Positions 19,129 through 28,530 of a stretch of DNA of 64,000 nt are shown one piece after another. Position 1 is the first letter of the stretch, and the number at the start of each line of letters is the position of its first letter. A program made the translations under genes and the position numbers. The stretch spans positions 1-64,000 of the forward strand of contig NZ_MWQY01000012.1 of the NCBI RefSeq assembly GCF_002087085.1. The letters run 5' to 3'. The notes beneath the pieces are model-generated. The model had not been told where the DNA came from and ran no database searches. It was given only the letters and a program-made list of their open reading frames with translations.

Positions 19129-21061
19129 AGTCCGGAACGTGCTGGACCAGATCATTTTTCTGCAGGTATAGAAAGAAGGCAATAATCACCCGTCTGTCCA
19201 GATGATGGTCCGCCTCACGCATCAGCAGCTCCAGGGCATCGTCAGCCAGCATCGGCTGCCGGTAGTGGCGCTGTGAGGTAATGGCATCGTAAAAATCCGC
19301 AACCGCTATTATCCGCGCCCCCAGGGGGATTTCGTTTCCCTTGAGACCGTTGGGGTAGCCCTTGCCGTCCAGCCGTTCATGGTGTGACGAGGCAATTTTG
19401 GGGACCTGGGTATAAATACCATCAAAGGCAATCTGGCTCAGGATGGCATGGGTCTTGGCGGCATGGGTCTTGATTTCCGCATACTCCACCGGGCTCAGTT
19501 CCCCCTGTTTTTTCAGGATGGAATCGGGAACGCCTATCTTGCCGTAATCATGCAGCAGGGCGGCTATACGGATCATCTCCTGAAAATCCTTGCTCAGTCC
19601 CAGCTCCCGGCTTATACCCAGGGCATATTCGGTAACCTTTTCCGAATGGCCTGCGGTAAGATTGTCCCGGGCGTCGATGCTGGTTGCAAGCACCTTGATG
19701 ATGGATTTGAACTGCTCCTCCCGGCTCTCTATCAACCGGGCATTCTTGATGCTCATTCCGATGACCGAGGCTATTCCCCTCAGCATATTCAGGTCGCTGC
19801 TTAAAAGGGGCTGTTTGCTCTGCACATTGTCCACGGCCAGGATCCCCAGGGACTCCTCCTCACAGACGATGGGACAGCAGATAAAGGAACGGGTTCCGGT
19901 ACTGCGGGCAAATGCGAGGCTCCTGGCGGAGAGGTCTTTTTCAATCTCGTTGAGATCGTTCACCAGAAAGGAACGCCGCTCCCGGTAACTCAGAACAAAA
20001 ACACCCCGGGAACCCTTTTTGTCCAGGTGAAACATCGTGTCTTTCAAAAGGGCCAGGTGTTCCCGGCTGTAGCCGAATCCGGCGCGGAACTCGAGGCGGG
20101 AGCCGTCTTCATTGGACAGCATTATCACGCCCCGGTCGTAATTCAGAAGCTTTTCGAAGATCTGGGCGACATTACTCAGCACCTCGTCAATGTTCGTGTA
20201 CTTGCTGATTGCCTCGCCCACCTCGTGGGAAACCGTGGTGTTGTTATAGTTTATCCTGGTCTGCAGTGCCAGCTCCTCCGTGGACTGCCTCAGCTCGTCC
20301 AGGGTCTTCATCATGTGATGGTTCTCCCGGTTTTTCGCCAGAAAGCTCAACAGAAGGTTCGAGGACAGAAGACTGAGGGAAAAAATCAGCCAGTTCGAAA
20401 AAGAGAGCAGGGGAAGACTTCCCGCACCAAGAAGGATTGCCGCTGCGGCGAAGCTGTTCCGCAACATTCTCAAAGGAACCAGGGAGTTCGCCTCCCAGCG
20501 AATCAGATACCTGCAGCTCTTGTCGCCCCGGAAGATGCACTCCCGGTGATCGATCTTCGGCAGATGATGCGTAAAAGCCAGCGCAATGGACTCGATTATT
20601 CCCGTCCTGTTTTCGCACTGATAGGGCTTTTCCATCACTCCGGGCAGCGGAGTCACTACTATTTCTACAGAATTGGAATCGATCTTGCGGACCTTGAACG
20701 TTGAGGAGCGTGTAATCAGGGCCGAGGAGCGGTCCAGCATGGCGTAGGCCTGCTGGGGACCAAGAAATCCGAGCATGTAACGGCGGATCATCGATTTGGT
20801 CTCGACGGCTGTGGCAAAACGCCCGGCCTCCCGGGCTATGGTAAGATTCCTGGTAAGCTGGACGGTTTTTTCATAGAAACGGTCAATCTGACTCTGGGTA
20901 AACCAGTGTCCGTCGTCGTTGACTTCGTAGGACTTCATTCCGGCGTAGTCCAGGATACGGCCAATACTTACATCGGGATACCGCTTTTCAAGAAAACGTA
21001 TCCATACCTGTATGTTACGGCTGTTATACAATCTGCTTATGCTATCCGGGCCGTCGTCCAT
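19109..21061 (-). CDS. HD-GYP phosphodiesterase with V4R-like N-terminus, 2 TM segments and GAF domain
   Basis: HDYGKIG, HHERLDGKGYP; GAF-like SFICCPI...LGILAVD; N-terminal CENRTG...HRECIFRGDKSCRY. Confidence 0.85.
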   Translation of the reverse strand: MDDGPDSISRLYNSRNIQVWIRFLEKRYPDVSIGRILDYAGMKSYEVNDDGHWFTQSQIDRFYEKTVQLTRNLTIAREAGRFATAVETKSMIRRYMLGFLGPQQAYAMLDRSSALITRSSTFKVRKIDSNSVEIVVTPLPGVMEKPYQCENRTGIIESIALAFTHHLPKIDHRECIFRGDKSCRYLIRWEANSLVPLRMLRNSFAAAAILLGAGSLPLLSFSNWLIFSLSLLSSNLLLSFLAKNRENHHMMKTLDELRQSTEELALQTRINYNNTTVSHEVGEAISKYTNIDEVLSNVAQIFEKLLNYDRGVIMLSNEDGSRLEFRAGFGYSREHLALLKDTMFHLDKKGSRGVFVLSYRERRSFLVNDLNEIEKDLSARSLAFARSTGTRSFICCPIVCEEESLGILAVDNVQSKQPLLSSDLNMLRGIASVIGMSIKNARLIESREEQFKSIIKVLATSIDARDNLTAGHSEKVTEYALGISRELGLSKDFQEMIRIAALLHDYGKIGVPDSILKKQGELSPVEYAEIKTHAAKTHAILSQIAFDGIYTQVPKIASSHHERLDGKGYPNGLKGNEIPLGARIIAVADFYDAITSQRHYRQPMLADDALELLMREADHHLDRRVIIAFFLYLQKNDLVQHVPDFIERLA

Positions 21062-21075
21062 TGACCGCACATCCT

Positions 21076-23160
21076 TCAGGGCTTGACTGTTCGCAGGATA
21101 GATTGAATATGCTCAAAGTACTTATCGCCGATCATCGTGTCCATGACCCAGGCGACGTAAATCTTTTCATATTCTACCCCGACTTTATCGGCAGATTCCC
21201 GCGGAAAAACAAGTACCGGCGATAAACTATTTACACCTTCCCGGCATAAACTCGTAAAAGCGCGGGATAATATTTCCTTAGAGATCAACTCAGGTTTAAG
21301 TAAAAACAAAGTTGTGGAGTTTGTCAACTCTGAAAGATTAATACCCGTATCCGATCGGTTTACAATGAAGATTGCCGTCAGCCGCCCGTTGTGCTTCAGG
21401 GCCCGTACCTGTATATCCCTGAGGATTCCCAGCTCCCTGTAAGCCTCCCGCACTTCCCTATTGGAGATCTCAAGATCCGCAAAGGGCGGCAGATGCATGG
21501 CGTTCAGGAGCAGCCCTCCGGAGACCTCTTCGTAAAAACAGTTCAGCCGGATATAGTCGTCTTCCTTCGCCTCCTCGAGACTCCAGAGAGGATCTTCCCG
21601 CAGATCCGTATTTTCGGACCGTAAAGAGCAGTAGGCGACTTCATCATCGGAACAGATCTTTCTGTCCTTGGCGTAATCAACGAGTCCGCCGAATATCCGA
21701 TTGGGAAAGTGGTTTTCCCGCCGGAAATAGCACATCATGTAATCCAGGTTCATCCGGCCAAAGCGGCAACTGTCATTCACATAGCTTCCGACCTGGTGCA
21801 GAACACTGATTCCGGCGTTTCTGCCCCTCATACCCGCCGAAGCATGGTGATGAAGCAGCCAGGTCCGCTCGTAAAATCGGACCATCGACAGATGGCCCAG
21901 AATATCGTCATCCTTCTGGTAGATAAAATGACGGGCCACGTTATTACGCTGGGTGTAGAGTTTTTCAAAGGAGGCACGGATCTCCTCCTTCTGACGCTGC
22001 AGCAGGGTATATTTTTCCGGATAGATAAACCCGGATTCGAAAAAGAAGCGCCACAGACGTTCCAGATCCACCTTCTTGCAGAGGCTTGCATAAATGTCGA
22101 AGGACTGATGCACCAGGGACAGCAGTACCAGGTGATCCTGGGGATCGATGTCCAGGATGCAGAGACCGTAGCGTACGGATCCTTCCGTACTGTCAGGGGT
22201 ATGGTGGATTACCTGGGCCTTAACTTTCAGGTCGGCGTAATCGGGAAAAAAGAGTTCAACCCGGGGAATGATCAGTCCCGCCGGCAGACGGCAGGTACCT
22301 TTTTCATCGAGAAAGGAGAAGCCCGATCCCGAGAGGTCGCCGATGCGCCGTTCAATGGTCCTCCCCGACAAGGGATGCCGGAAACTCACCCGGGGGCTCA
22401 TCTCCAGACTTTTCCGGCTGCTGCGGAACTGGCGGGAGCGGTAACGCCGCACGGAGGTGGCTCCGATCCCCAGGCTGAAGCATCTGTCGCTCCGGGAGGA
22501 AAAAGCGCTGTCCACCCGGCATATCTCGGAATAGACGGGTTCTTCGCTGTTGCTGAGGGTCACATGAACCGGATAATCCCCTTCAATCCAGCGAATCCCC
22601 GCAGAATCCCTCAGGCGCACCATCAGGGTGGATTCGGAAAAGCTGACCAGCTCGCCCGAGGCGGCTATACCGCTCTGGGAAACCGTGCAGGTGATATCCC
22701 TGGCAGTCTCGCTTATCTCCGGATCAACCTCAAAAATCCTGGCCTGCTTCGGCAGGATAAAGGTCAGCCCCTCGGGGCCCATCTGATAGTCCTCCGGTTC
22801 GATAACGATGAGCTGCTGGTCCTCCAGGTTTATTCTGATGCTGTCCAGCTGGTATCCTGAAGGAACGGTGCCTTCGGGGCCCGCCTTTTCTGCCCAGACA
22901 AAATCGCAGCGCTCGCTGCTGCACGGCTGTGGATGAGCCATTACGCTGCGGGTGTGGGCAAATTCGCTGCTGCAGAAGAGAAGTTCCACCGGAATCGAAC
23001 TGAAATTCAGGTGATTGAGCTTGTTTATCAGGAATTTTTGGTTCAGAGTGTGCACATTTTTCGGAGGAGTATCGGATGAAGACCTGGCAAAGCCCTTGTC
23101 TTCCTCTGAACGAGAATCCTGCGGTATTTCTTCCGCTATTTCATTCATCTGTTCTATCAC
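21076..23160 (-). CDS. PilZ-domain protein with uncharacterised C-terminal (possibly GNAT-like) domain
   Basis: RSSR...DLSGSG (RxxxR/DxSxxG-like); C-terminal LWRFFFESGFIYPEKY...WLLHHHA...YFRRENHFP region. Confidence 0.6.
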   Translation of the reverse strand: MIEQMNEIAEEIPQDSRSEEDKGFARSSSDTPPKNVHTLNQKFLINKLNHLNFSSIPVELLFCSSEFAHTRSVMAHPQPCSSERCDFVWAEKAGPEGTVPSGYQLDSIRINLEDQQLIVIEPEDYQMGPEGLTFILPKQARIFEVDPEISETARDITCTVSQSGIAASGELVSFSESTLMVRLRDSAGIRWIEGDYPVHVTLSNSEEPVYSEICRVDSAFSSRSDRCFSLGIGATSVRRYRSRQFRSSRKSLEMSPRVSFRHPLSGRTIERRIGDLSGSGFSFLDEKGTCRLPAGLIIPRVELFFPDYADLKVKAQVIHHTPDSTEGSVRYGLCILDIDPQDHLVLLSLVHQSFDIYASLCKKVDLERLWRFFFESGFIYPEKYTLLQRQKEEIRASFEKLYTQRNNVARHFIYQKDDDILGHLSMVRFYERTWLLHHHASAGMRGRNAGISVLHQVGSYVNDSCRFGRMNLDYMMCYFRRENHFPNRIFGGLVDYAKDRKICSDDEVAYCSLRSENTDLREDPLWSLEEAKEDDYIRLNCFYEEVSGGLLLNAMHLPPFADLEISNREVREAYRELGILRDIQVRALKHNGRLTAIFIVNRSDTGINLSELTNSTTLFLLKPELISKEILSRAFTSLCREGVNSLSPVLVFPRESADKVGVEYEKIYVAWVMDTMIGDKYFEHIQSILRTVKP

Positions 23161-23234
23161 TAAACTCCACCAACTTTTGGCTTTTCTATTATATCGGAAA
23201 AAACTGCTTCGTGGTGAATAGTATAGGGGAGAAT

Positions 23235-23822
23235 CTACATTTTTGTGCGGCCCTTGAGGGACCGGGCCAGGGTAAGGCGGTCAGCGTATTCCAGATCACC
23301 CCCCACCGGCAACCCGGAGGCAAGCCTTGAAACGGTCAACCCCATATCTTTTACAAGACTCACCAGATACAGGGCAGTGGTATCGCCCTCCACGGAAGGA
23401 TTGGTGGCGATTATTACCTCGTTGATGCCCCCCGCCTTCAGCCGTCTGAGCAGGGAGTCGATATTCAGTTCCGCCGGACCGATTCCGTCGATGGGAGAGA
23501 GTGCTCCGCCGAGGATATGATACCTGCCCTCGTATTCCCCGGTAGATTCTATTATGCCCACATCCTGGGACTGCTCCACAACGCAGAGGATCCGGGAATC
23601 CCGGCGGGTATCGCTGCAGTAGTCACAGGGATCTGCCTCGGTATAGATTCCACAGACCGAGCAGTGACGTATCCTGGCCTTCAGGGTACCGATCTGCTCT
23701 GAAAGAGCCCGCAGGTACTCATCGTCGCTCTGAAGCAGGAAATAGGCCATTCTGGTGGCGCTCTTTTTTCCTACCCCGGGAAAACGCGACAGGCTCCGGA
23801 TCAGCTGGTCCAGTACGGTCAT
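23235..23822 (-). CDS. recR: Recombination mediator RecR
   Basis: PGVGKKSA, C4 zinc finger, Toprim ATNPSVEGDTTA, GLPVGGDLEY. Confidence 0.95.
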   Translation of the reverse strand: MTVLDQLIRSLSRFPGVGKKSATRMAYFLLQSDDEYLRALSEQIGTLKARIRHCSVCGIYTEADPCDYCSDTRRDSRILCVVEQSQDVGIIESTGEYEGRYHILGGALSPIDGIGPAELNIDSLLRRLKAGGINEVIIATNPSVEGDTTALYLVSLVKDMGLTVSRLASGLPVGGDLEYADRLTLARSLKGRTKM

Positions 23823-24140
23823 CTACATGCCCATAAAGCCCGGAGGAATCGGCATGCCGCCGGTCATTGAGGAAACCTCCTGCTGGATGGCCTCCTTGAT
23901 CTTTGCCATGGCGTCACTCAGGGCCGCACGGACCAGATCCTCGAGCATGCCGACATCCTCGGGATCCACCGCCTCCGGTTCTATATGTACCCCGGTTACC
24001 ATCATCTGACCGTTCATGCTGACCCGGACCATTTCGCCCCCGGCGGTGCCGGTGACGTTTATCTCTGCCAGTTTTCCCTGCATCTCCTGCATACCGCTCT
24101 GCAGTGACTGGAGGTTTTTCAACATTTCAAAGGGGTTCAT
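23823..24140 (-). CDS. ebfC: YbaB/EbfC nucleoid-associated protein
   Basis: GTAGGEMVRV...MLEDLVRAA; dnaX-ybaB-recR order. Confidence 0.9.
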   Translation of the reverse strand: MNPFEMLKNLQSLQSGMQEMQGKLAEINVTGTAGGEMVRVSMNGQMMVTGVHIEPEAVDPEDVGMLEDLVRAALSDAMAKIKEAIQQEVSSMTGGMPIPPGFMGM

Positions 24141-25675
24141 CGTGACTCTCCTCGCACTATCTCCCCCCGGAAGACCTTCTGTACCAGGGCAACCTGGTCA
24201 TCCTCTTCCCGGGGTTCTTCATAATCGGTATCACTGTTTTCCTGTATATGCACTATTTCAAGCCTGGCCTGAAGTCCGGAGATTTCGTTGAAGACCTGGA
24301 TTACCTCGGCGCTCTCCCGGCGCAGGAGATTTTCGGAGAAGGAATCTGAAAAAGAGAGACGCAGGACATCTCCCTCCAGGACCCAGGAAACCGCCTTTTC
24401 AAGGGCCGCCGAAAGGGTCAGTTTTTTTTTTCTCATGGTCTCCATGACCTGTTCGCGGAAGGCATCGTTTTGCGGTACCGCTTCGGAAGCCTTCCCACCC
24501 ATACCATCGGAGCCTTCGGATCCCATGGAACCGGAGACCAGTTCCCCCCGCAGGGTATGGATCTGGTCGAGAATCTCCCGGGAATTGAGGTAGCCCTTCA
24601 AGTCGCTGAGCCGGGAAAGAAGCAGTTCAAGCTCGAAGCGCTGATTAAGGGAGTAGCGGACATTCCTGTAGAGTTCAAGAATCAGTCTGAGGGCATGTTC
24701 AAGCTGGCTTCGGGAAAAACCCTCCCGCACGGCGGTTGAAAATCTGTCGGCCGCATAACCGAGAATCGTCTCCCTGTGTATCCCGCTGTTGATAAACAGA
24801 ATAATCCGGAAAAACTCTGCCAGGTCCATGATGAGCTGTTCGACCGCGACCCCGTTCATCAGGATCTCGTCGCTCTTTTCCAGCACCCTGGTTGCATTGC
24901 CCGCCGCCATGGCTTCCGCCAGTTCATTCAGATCATCAAGACCCACAAGGCCGAGTTTTTCCCGGATCTTTTCCAGGGTGATGTGCCCGCCGGAAAAGGA
25001 GACAACCTGGTCGAAGAGGGTATAGGCGTCCCTGAGACTCCCGGTGGCCTCCTTGGCTATCCAGAACAGGGCATCCTCATCAGCCTTGACGCCGATTTCG
25101 CCGGTAACCATCTCGAGGCGTTCCTTGATGACCTCCACGTTCACCAGGCGAAAATTGAACTGCTGGCAGCGGGAGCGGATGGTCGCCGGGACCTTGTGGA
25201 TCTCCGTGGTGGCGAAAACGAATACGATATAGGGGGGAGGTTCCTCGATGGTCTTCAGCAGGGCGTTAAAGGCACTGTTGGAGAGCATATGGACCTCGTC
25301 GATTATATAGACCTTGTAGCGGGAGGAGTTGGGGGCAAAAAGCACCTCATCCTTTATTTCCCGTACATCGTTGACAGAGGTGTTGCTTGCGCCGTCTATT
25401 TCGATTACATCCAGGGAGTTGCCCCTGCTTATTTCGAGGCAGTTGGAGCAGACATTACAGGGAGTTTCCGTGGGGCCGTTCTGGCAATTCAGGGATTTGG
25501 CAAGGATACGTGCCGCAGAAGTTTTTCCAACCCCCCGGGGACCGGAAAAAAGATAGGCGTGGGCAATGCGCCCTGCCTGAACAGAACTCTTCAGGGTCGA
25601 GACAACGAAATCCTGACCGGCCAGGTCATCAAAAGATTGTGGCCGTTTTTTCGTCGCCGTTACCTCGAAATTCAT
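24137..25675 (-). CDS. dnaX: DNA polymerase III subunit gamma/tau
   Basis: HAYLFSGPRGVGKT, EIDGASN, IIDEVHML, TIRSRC. Confidence 0.95.
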   Translation of the reverse strand: MNFEVTATKKRPQSFDDLAGQDFVVSTLKSSVQAGRIAHAYLFSGPRGVGKTSAARILAKSLNCQNGPTETPCNVCSNCLEISRGNSLDVIEIDGASNTSVNDVREIKDEVLFAPNSSRYKVYIIDEVHMLSNSAFNALLKTIEEPPPYIVFVFATTEIHKVPATIRSRCQQFNFRLVNVEVIKERLEMVTGEIGVKADEDALFWIAKEATGSLRDAYTLFDQVVSFSGGHITLEKIREKLGLVGLDDLNELAEAMAAGNATRVLEKSDEILMNGVAVEQLIMDLAEFFRIILFINSGIHRETILGYAADRFSTAVREGFSRSQLEHALRLILELYRNVRYSLNQRFELELLLSRLSDLKGYLNSREILDQIHTLRGELVSGSMGSEGSDGMGGKASEAVPQNDAFREQVMETMRKKKLTLSAALEKAVSWVLEGDVLRLSFSDSFSENLLRRESAEVIQVFNEISGLQARLEIVHIQENSDTDYEEPREEDDQVALVQKVFRGEIVRGESR

Positions 25676-25707
25676 TCGCTCCCTACCATTTCTGCTGAAG
25701 AAAAGAA

Positions 25708-25832
25708 CCCCTCAAGCTCCAGCCAAGTGAGCTGCGGCTCACCGATCAGTCGCTTACCGCTGCTACCTTCCGGTCCTGACGGGGTTGGGCGATAACCGGT
25801 AGCACAGTACCTGGCTATCAACGCCTGAGGGG
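25708..25832 (-). ncRNA. ffs: Signal recognition particle (4.5S) RNA
   Basis: Minus strand has the helix-8 motif CCGTCAGGACCGGAAGGTAGCAGCGG; ends CCCCTCA.../...TGAGGGG pair; upstream of dnaX. Confidence 0.9.
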
Positions 25833-25837
25833 AAATA

Positions 25838-25925
25838 CGGAGAGAGAGGGATTCGAACCCTCGGAACCCGGTTAGAGTTCACACGCTTTCCAAGCGTGCA
25901 CCTTCGACCACTCGGTCATCTCTCC
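25838..25925 (-). tRNA. tRNA-Ser(GGA)
   Basis: Anticodon arm CACGC-TTGGAAA-GCGTG, long variable arm, GGTTCGAATCC. Confidence 0.95.
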
Positions 25926-25985
25926 AAAACTGTAATACTTTTACCAGAGAGTGCGGAGGAACACCGGAGTATTCCCTCTCCCGTA

Positions 25986-26160
25986 CGGAGAGAGAGGGAT
26001 TCGCCTTCCACTGTTCGACTTCGTGTCTCACAGCTCCAGGCCGCCGCGCTCGCTGGCGCCCGGCATCCTGCCGGGCTTCCGGCCCTCATCGGGCCGCGCT
26101 CTGGCCTGGTCGGAAGCTACGCTTCCTGCTCGGCCATGCGACCTGCTATTTTCGAATCCC
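25986..26160 (-). repeat. tRNA-linked structured repeat, copy 1
   Basis: A duplicated tRNA-Ser 3' end with a multi-hairpin insert between GGGATTCG and CGAATCCC; homologous to 26501-26635. Confidence 0.7.
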
Positions 26161-26176
26161 CTGTTCTCTTTCCTCT

Positions 26177-26264
26177 CGGAGAGAGAGGGATTCGAACCCT
26201 CGGTACCGACTAGCGGTACAACGGCTTTCGAGGCCGCCCGATTCAACCACTCTCGCATCTCTCC
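26177..26264 (-). tRNA. tRNA-Ser(CGA)
   Basis: Anticodon arm GCGGC-CTCGAAA-GCCGT. Confidence 0.95.
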
Positions 26265-26272
26265 AGAAATAG

Positions 26273-26346
26273 CGTACCCAAGAGGACTCGAACCTCTGAC
26301 CTTTAGGTCCGCAACCTAACGCTCTATCCAACTGAGCTATGGGTAC
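26273..26346 (-). tRNA. tRNA-Arg(GCG)
   Basis: GTACCCATAGCTCAGTTGGATAGAGCG TTAGG-TTGCGGA-CCTAA ... GGTTCGAGTCC. Confidence 0.93.
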
Positions 26347-26353
26347 AAATAAG

Positions 26354-26440
26354 CGGAGAGGGAGGGATTCGAACCCTCGGTGCAGTTACCCACACAACTC
26401 CTTAGCAGGGAGCCCGATTCAACCACTCTCGCACCTCTCC
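26354..26440 (-). tRNA. tRNA-Ser(GCT)
   Basis: Anticodon arm GCTCC-CTGCTAA-GGAGT. Confidence 0.95.
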
Positions 26441-26500
26441 AACTACATACACGATAATAAAGGACGCATCCTGCAGGGCGCTGCCGCGCTCCGCCGTCTA

Positions 26501-26635
26501 AAGATGGTGGGATTCCCTTCGCTGCTCGACATCGTCTCTCGCAGCTCCAGTCCGCCGTATTTGCTGATGGCCGGCGTCCTGTCGGCCTTCAGCGCCTCAT
26601 CGGCGCGTGCTCATTACGGATCGAATCCCGCCTCT
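26501..26635 (-). repeat. tRNA-linked structured repeat, copy 2
   Basis: GGTGGGATTC ... GAATCCCGCC encloses hairpins homologous to copy 1. Confidence 0.7.
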
Positions 26636-26666
26636 CGTTACGCCCAGGACCTGAGTCCTTAGCTAT

Positions 26667-26751
26667 CGGAGAAGGTGGGATTCGAACCCACGGAGCCTCT
26701 CGGCTCAACGGTTTTCAAGACCGCCTCCTTCGACCACTCGGACACCTCTCC
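26667..26751 (-). tRNA. tRNA-Ser(TGA)
   Basis: Anticodon arm GCGGT-CTTGAAA-ACCGT. Confidence 0.95.
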
Positions 26752-26796
26752 AGTCTATCGATCGGGTTCACACTATAGATGTTGACGGATTCTTTG

Positions 26797-27666
26797 TCAA
26801 TCAGGGGAGACAATTTCGAGGATTCTGTCCAGGTCATCCAGGGAGAAATAAGAGATCTCTATGCGCCCTTTTTTTGCCGAGCCCTTCACCGAAACCTTGG
26901 TTCCGAAAAGGTCAATCAGGCGCTCCTCAATCTTCGACAGTTCCGGGTCCTGGCGCTTCATGGATGCATGCTTCTCGGTCGATCCCGAGGCCCTGCCGCC
27001 CCGGTTCAGTTCTCCCGCCTGGGCTTCCGCTTCCCGTACACTCAGGCCATCCTTCAGAATGCGGTTGAAGAGTATCATCTGGTCCGCAGGATTCAGGACC
27101 GACAGAAGTGCCCGGGCATGTCCCGCGGTCATATCTCCTGAAACCAGGGCCTCCTGCATCGGTTCCGGCATTTTGAGCAGGCGCAGGCTGTTGGCAACAG
27201 TCGATCGGTTCTTGCCGACCTTCTGGGCCAGTTCTTCCTGGCTCAATCCGGCCTCTTCCATAAGCTGACGGTATCCGTTGGCCTCTTCGATGGGATTCAA
27301 ATCTTCCCGCTGGATATTCTCTATAAGAGCGATTTCCAGCTTCTCTTCTTCGGTGAAGGACCTGACCAGAACGGGAACTTCAGCCAGGTGGGCCATCTGG
27401 GCCGCCCTGAAGCGTCGCTCCCCAGCAACGATGCGGTACCCGGATCCGTACTCTTCGACAATAATTGGCTGGATAATGCCCTGCTCCCGCACCGAGTCAG
27501 CCAGTTCCTTAAGGCGTTCTTCGTTGAAAGCCTTACGCGGTTGGTCAGGATTAGGATAAATCTTGTTTAAGGGAACATAACGCTCCGTGGATTTTGTTGT
27601 CTCTTCGCTCTCTGTAGAAGACTGCAACAATGCCTCTATGCCTTTGCCCAAGGCGCGTTTAGACAC
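26797..27666 (-). CDS. parB: Chromosome partitioning protein ParB/Spo0J
   Basis: ALGKG, NPDQPRK, GERRFRA, IENIQREDL, HTH. Confidence 0.95.
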   Translation of the reverse strand: MSKRALGKGIEALLQSSTESEETTKSTERYVPLNKIYPNPDQPRKAFNEERLKELADSVREQGIIQPIIVEEYGSGYRIVAGERRFRAAQMAHLAEVPVLVRSFTEEEKLEIALIENIQREDLNPIEEANGYRQLMEEAGLSQEELAQKVGKNRSTVANSLRLLKMPEPMQEALVSGDMTAGHARALLSVLNPADQMILFNRILKDGLSVREAEAQAGELNRGGRASGSTEKHASMKRQDPELSKIEERLIDLFGTKVSVKGSAKKGRIEISYFSLDDLDRILEIVSPD

Positions 27667-28414
27667 GTTTGATTACCTCTTCCGCCAACTCCTTGTAACT
27701 CCGGGCGCCGGAACAGGAGGCGTTATATTGATTGATCGGAACCCCGTGAGAAGGGGCTTCGGAAAGTCGAATGTTTCGCGGAATTATCGTTCTGAATACC
27801 TTGTCCTTGAAATAATTCGTAACCTCCTGAACCACCTCGTTAGCCAGCTTGGTACGGGAGTCGTACATGGTAAAAACAATACCTGCTATGGAAAGTTCGG
27901 GATTCAGATTCTTCTGTACCCGCTGAATAGTCTGAAGCAGCAGGGTTAAACCCTCAAGGGCAAAATATTCACACTGCAGGGGTACAAGTACATAGTCCGC
28001 GGCAACCAGTCCGTTTACCGTCAGGAGCCCGAGGGAAGGCGGACAGTCGATCAGGATATAGTCCCATTCCTCGTGAATGCTATTGAGAACTTTTTTCAAA
28101 AAGAACTCCCGTTCCTTTTCCTCAATCAGCTCCACATTGGCACCGGTCAAATCGATATTAGAAGGAACAACGAAGAGGTTCTTGACCGTTGTCTCCTGGA
28201 TTACTTCCTTTATGGGAATACCCTTGGTAACGACATCGTAAATGCTGTCCTCTTCCACATGGGCCCCTACACTGGAGGAAAGGTTCCCCTGGGGATCAAA
28301 ATCTACCAGCAGAACCCGTTTGCCAGCCTCTGCAAGATATGCTCCGAGATTCGCGGTTGTGGTGGTCTTGCCGACGCCACCTTTCTGATTTGCAAAAACG
28401 ATTACCTTTCCCAT
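27659..28414 (-). CDS. parA: Chromosome partitioning ATPase ParA/Soj
   Basis: NQKGGVGKTT, DFDPQGN, IDCPPSLG. Confidence 0.95.
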   Translation of the reverse strand: MGKVIVFANQKGGVGKTTTTANLGAYLAEAGKRVLLVDFDPQGNLSSSVGAHVEEDSIYDVVTKGIPIKEVIQETTVKNLFVVPSNIDLTGANVELIEEKEREFFLKKVLNSIHEEWDYILIDCPPSLGLLTVNGLVAADYVLVPLQCEYFALEGLTLLLQTIQRVQKNLNPELSIAGIVFTMYDSRTKLANEVVQEVTNYFKDKVFRTIIPRNIRLSEAPSHGVPINQYNASCSGARSYKELAEEVIKRV

Positions 28415-28530
28415 AGCGCGAGCACATTATATCGTAAAGAGTTAACCGTGTCATTTCTTTATCGCACTCTTGACCAAAAAAAGTCCCTTCTATAGCTTAT
28501 TTAAGTATATTAATCGCGAGGAGAATATAA

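Noticed and set aside
25896..26662. ORFs overlapping the tRNA cluster
   Set aside because: Spurious frames across tRNA genes and structured repeats.
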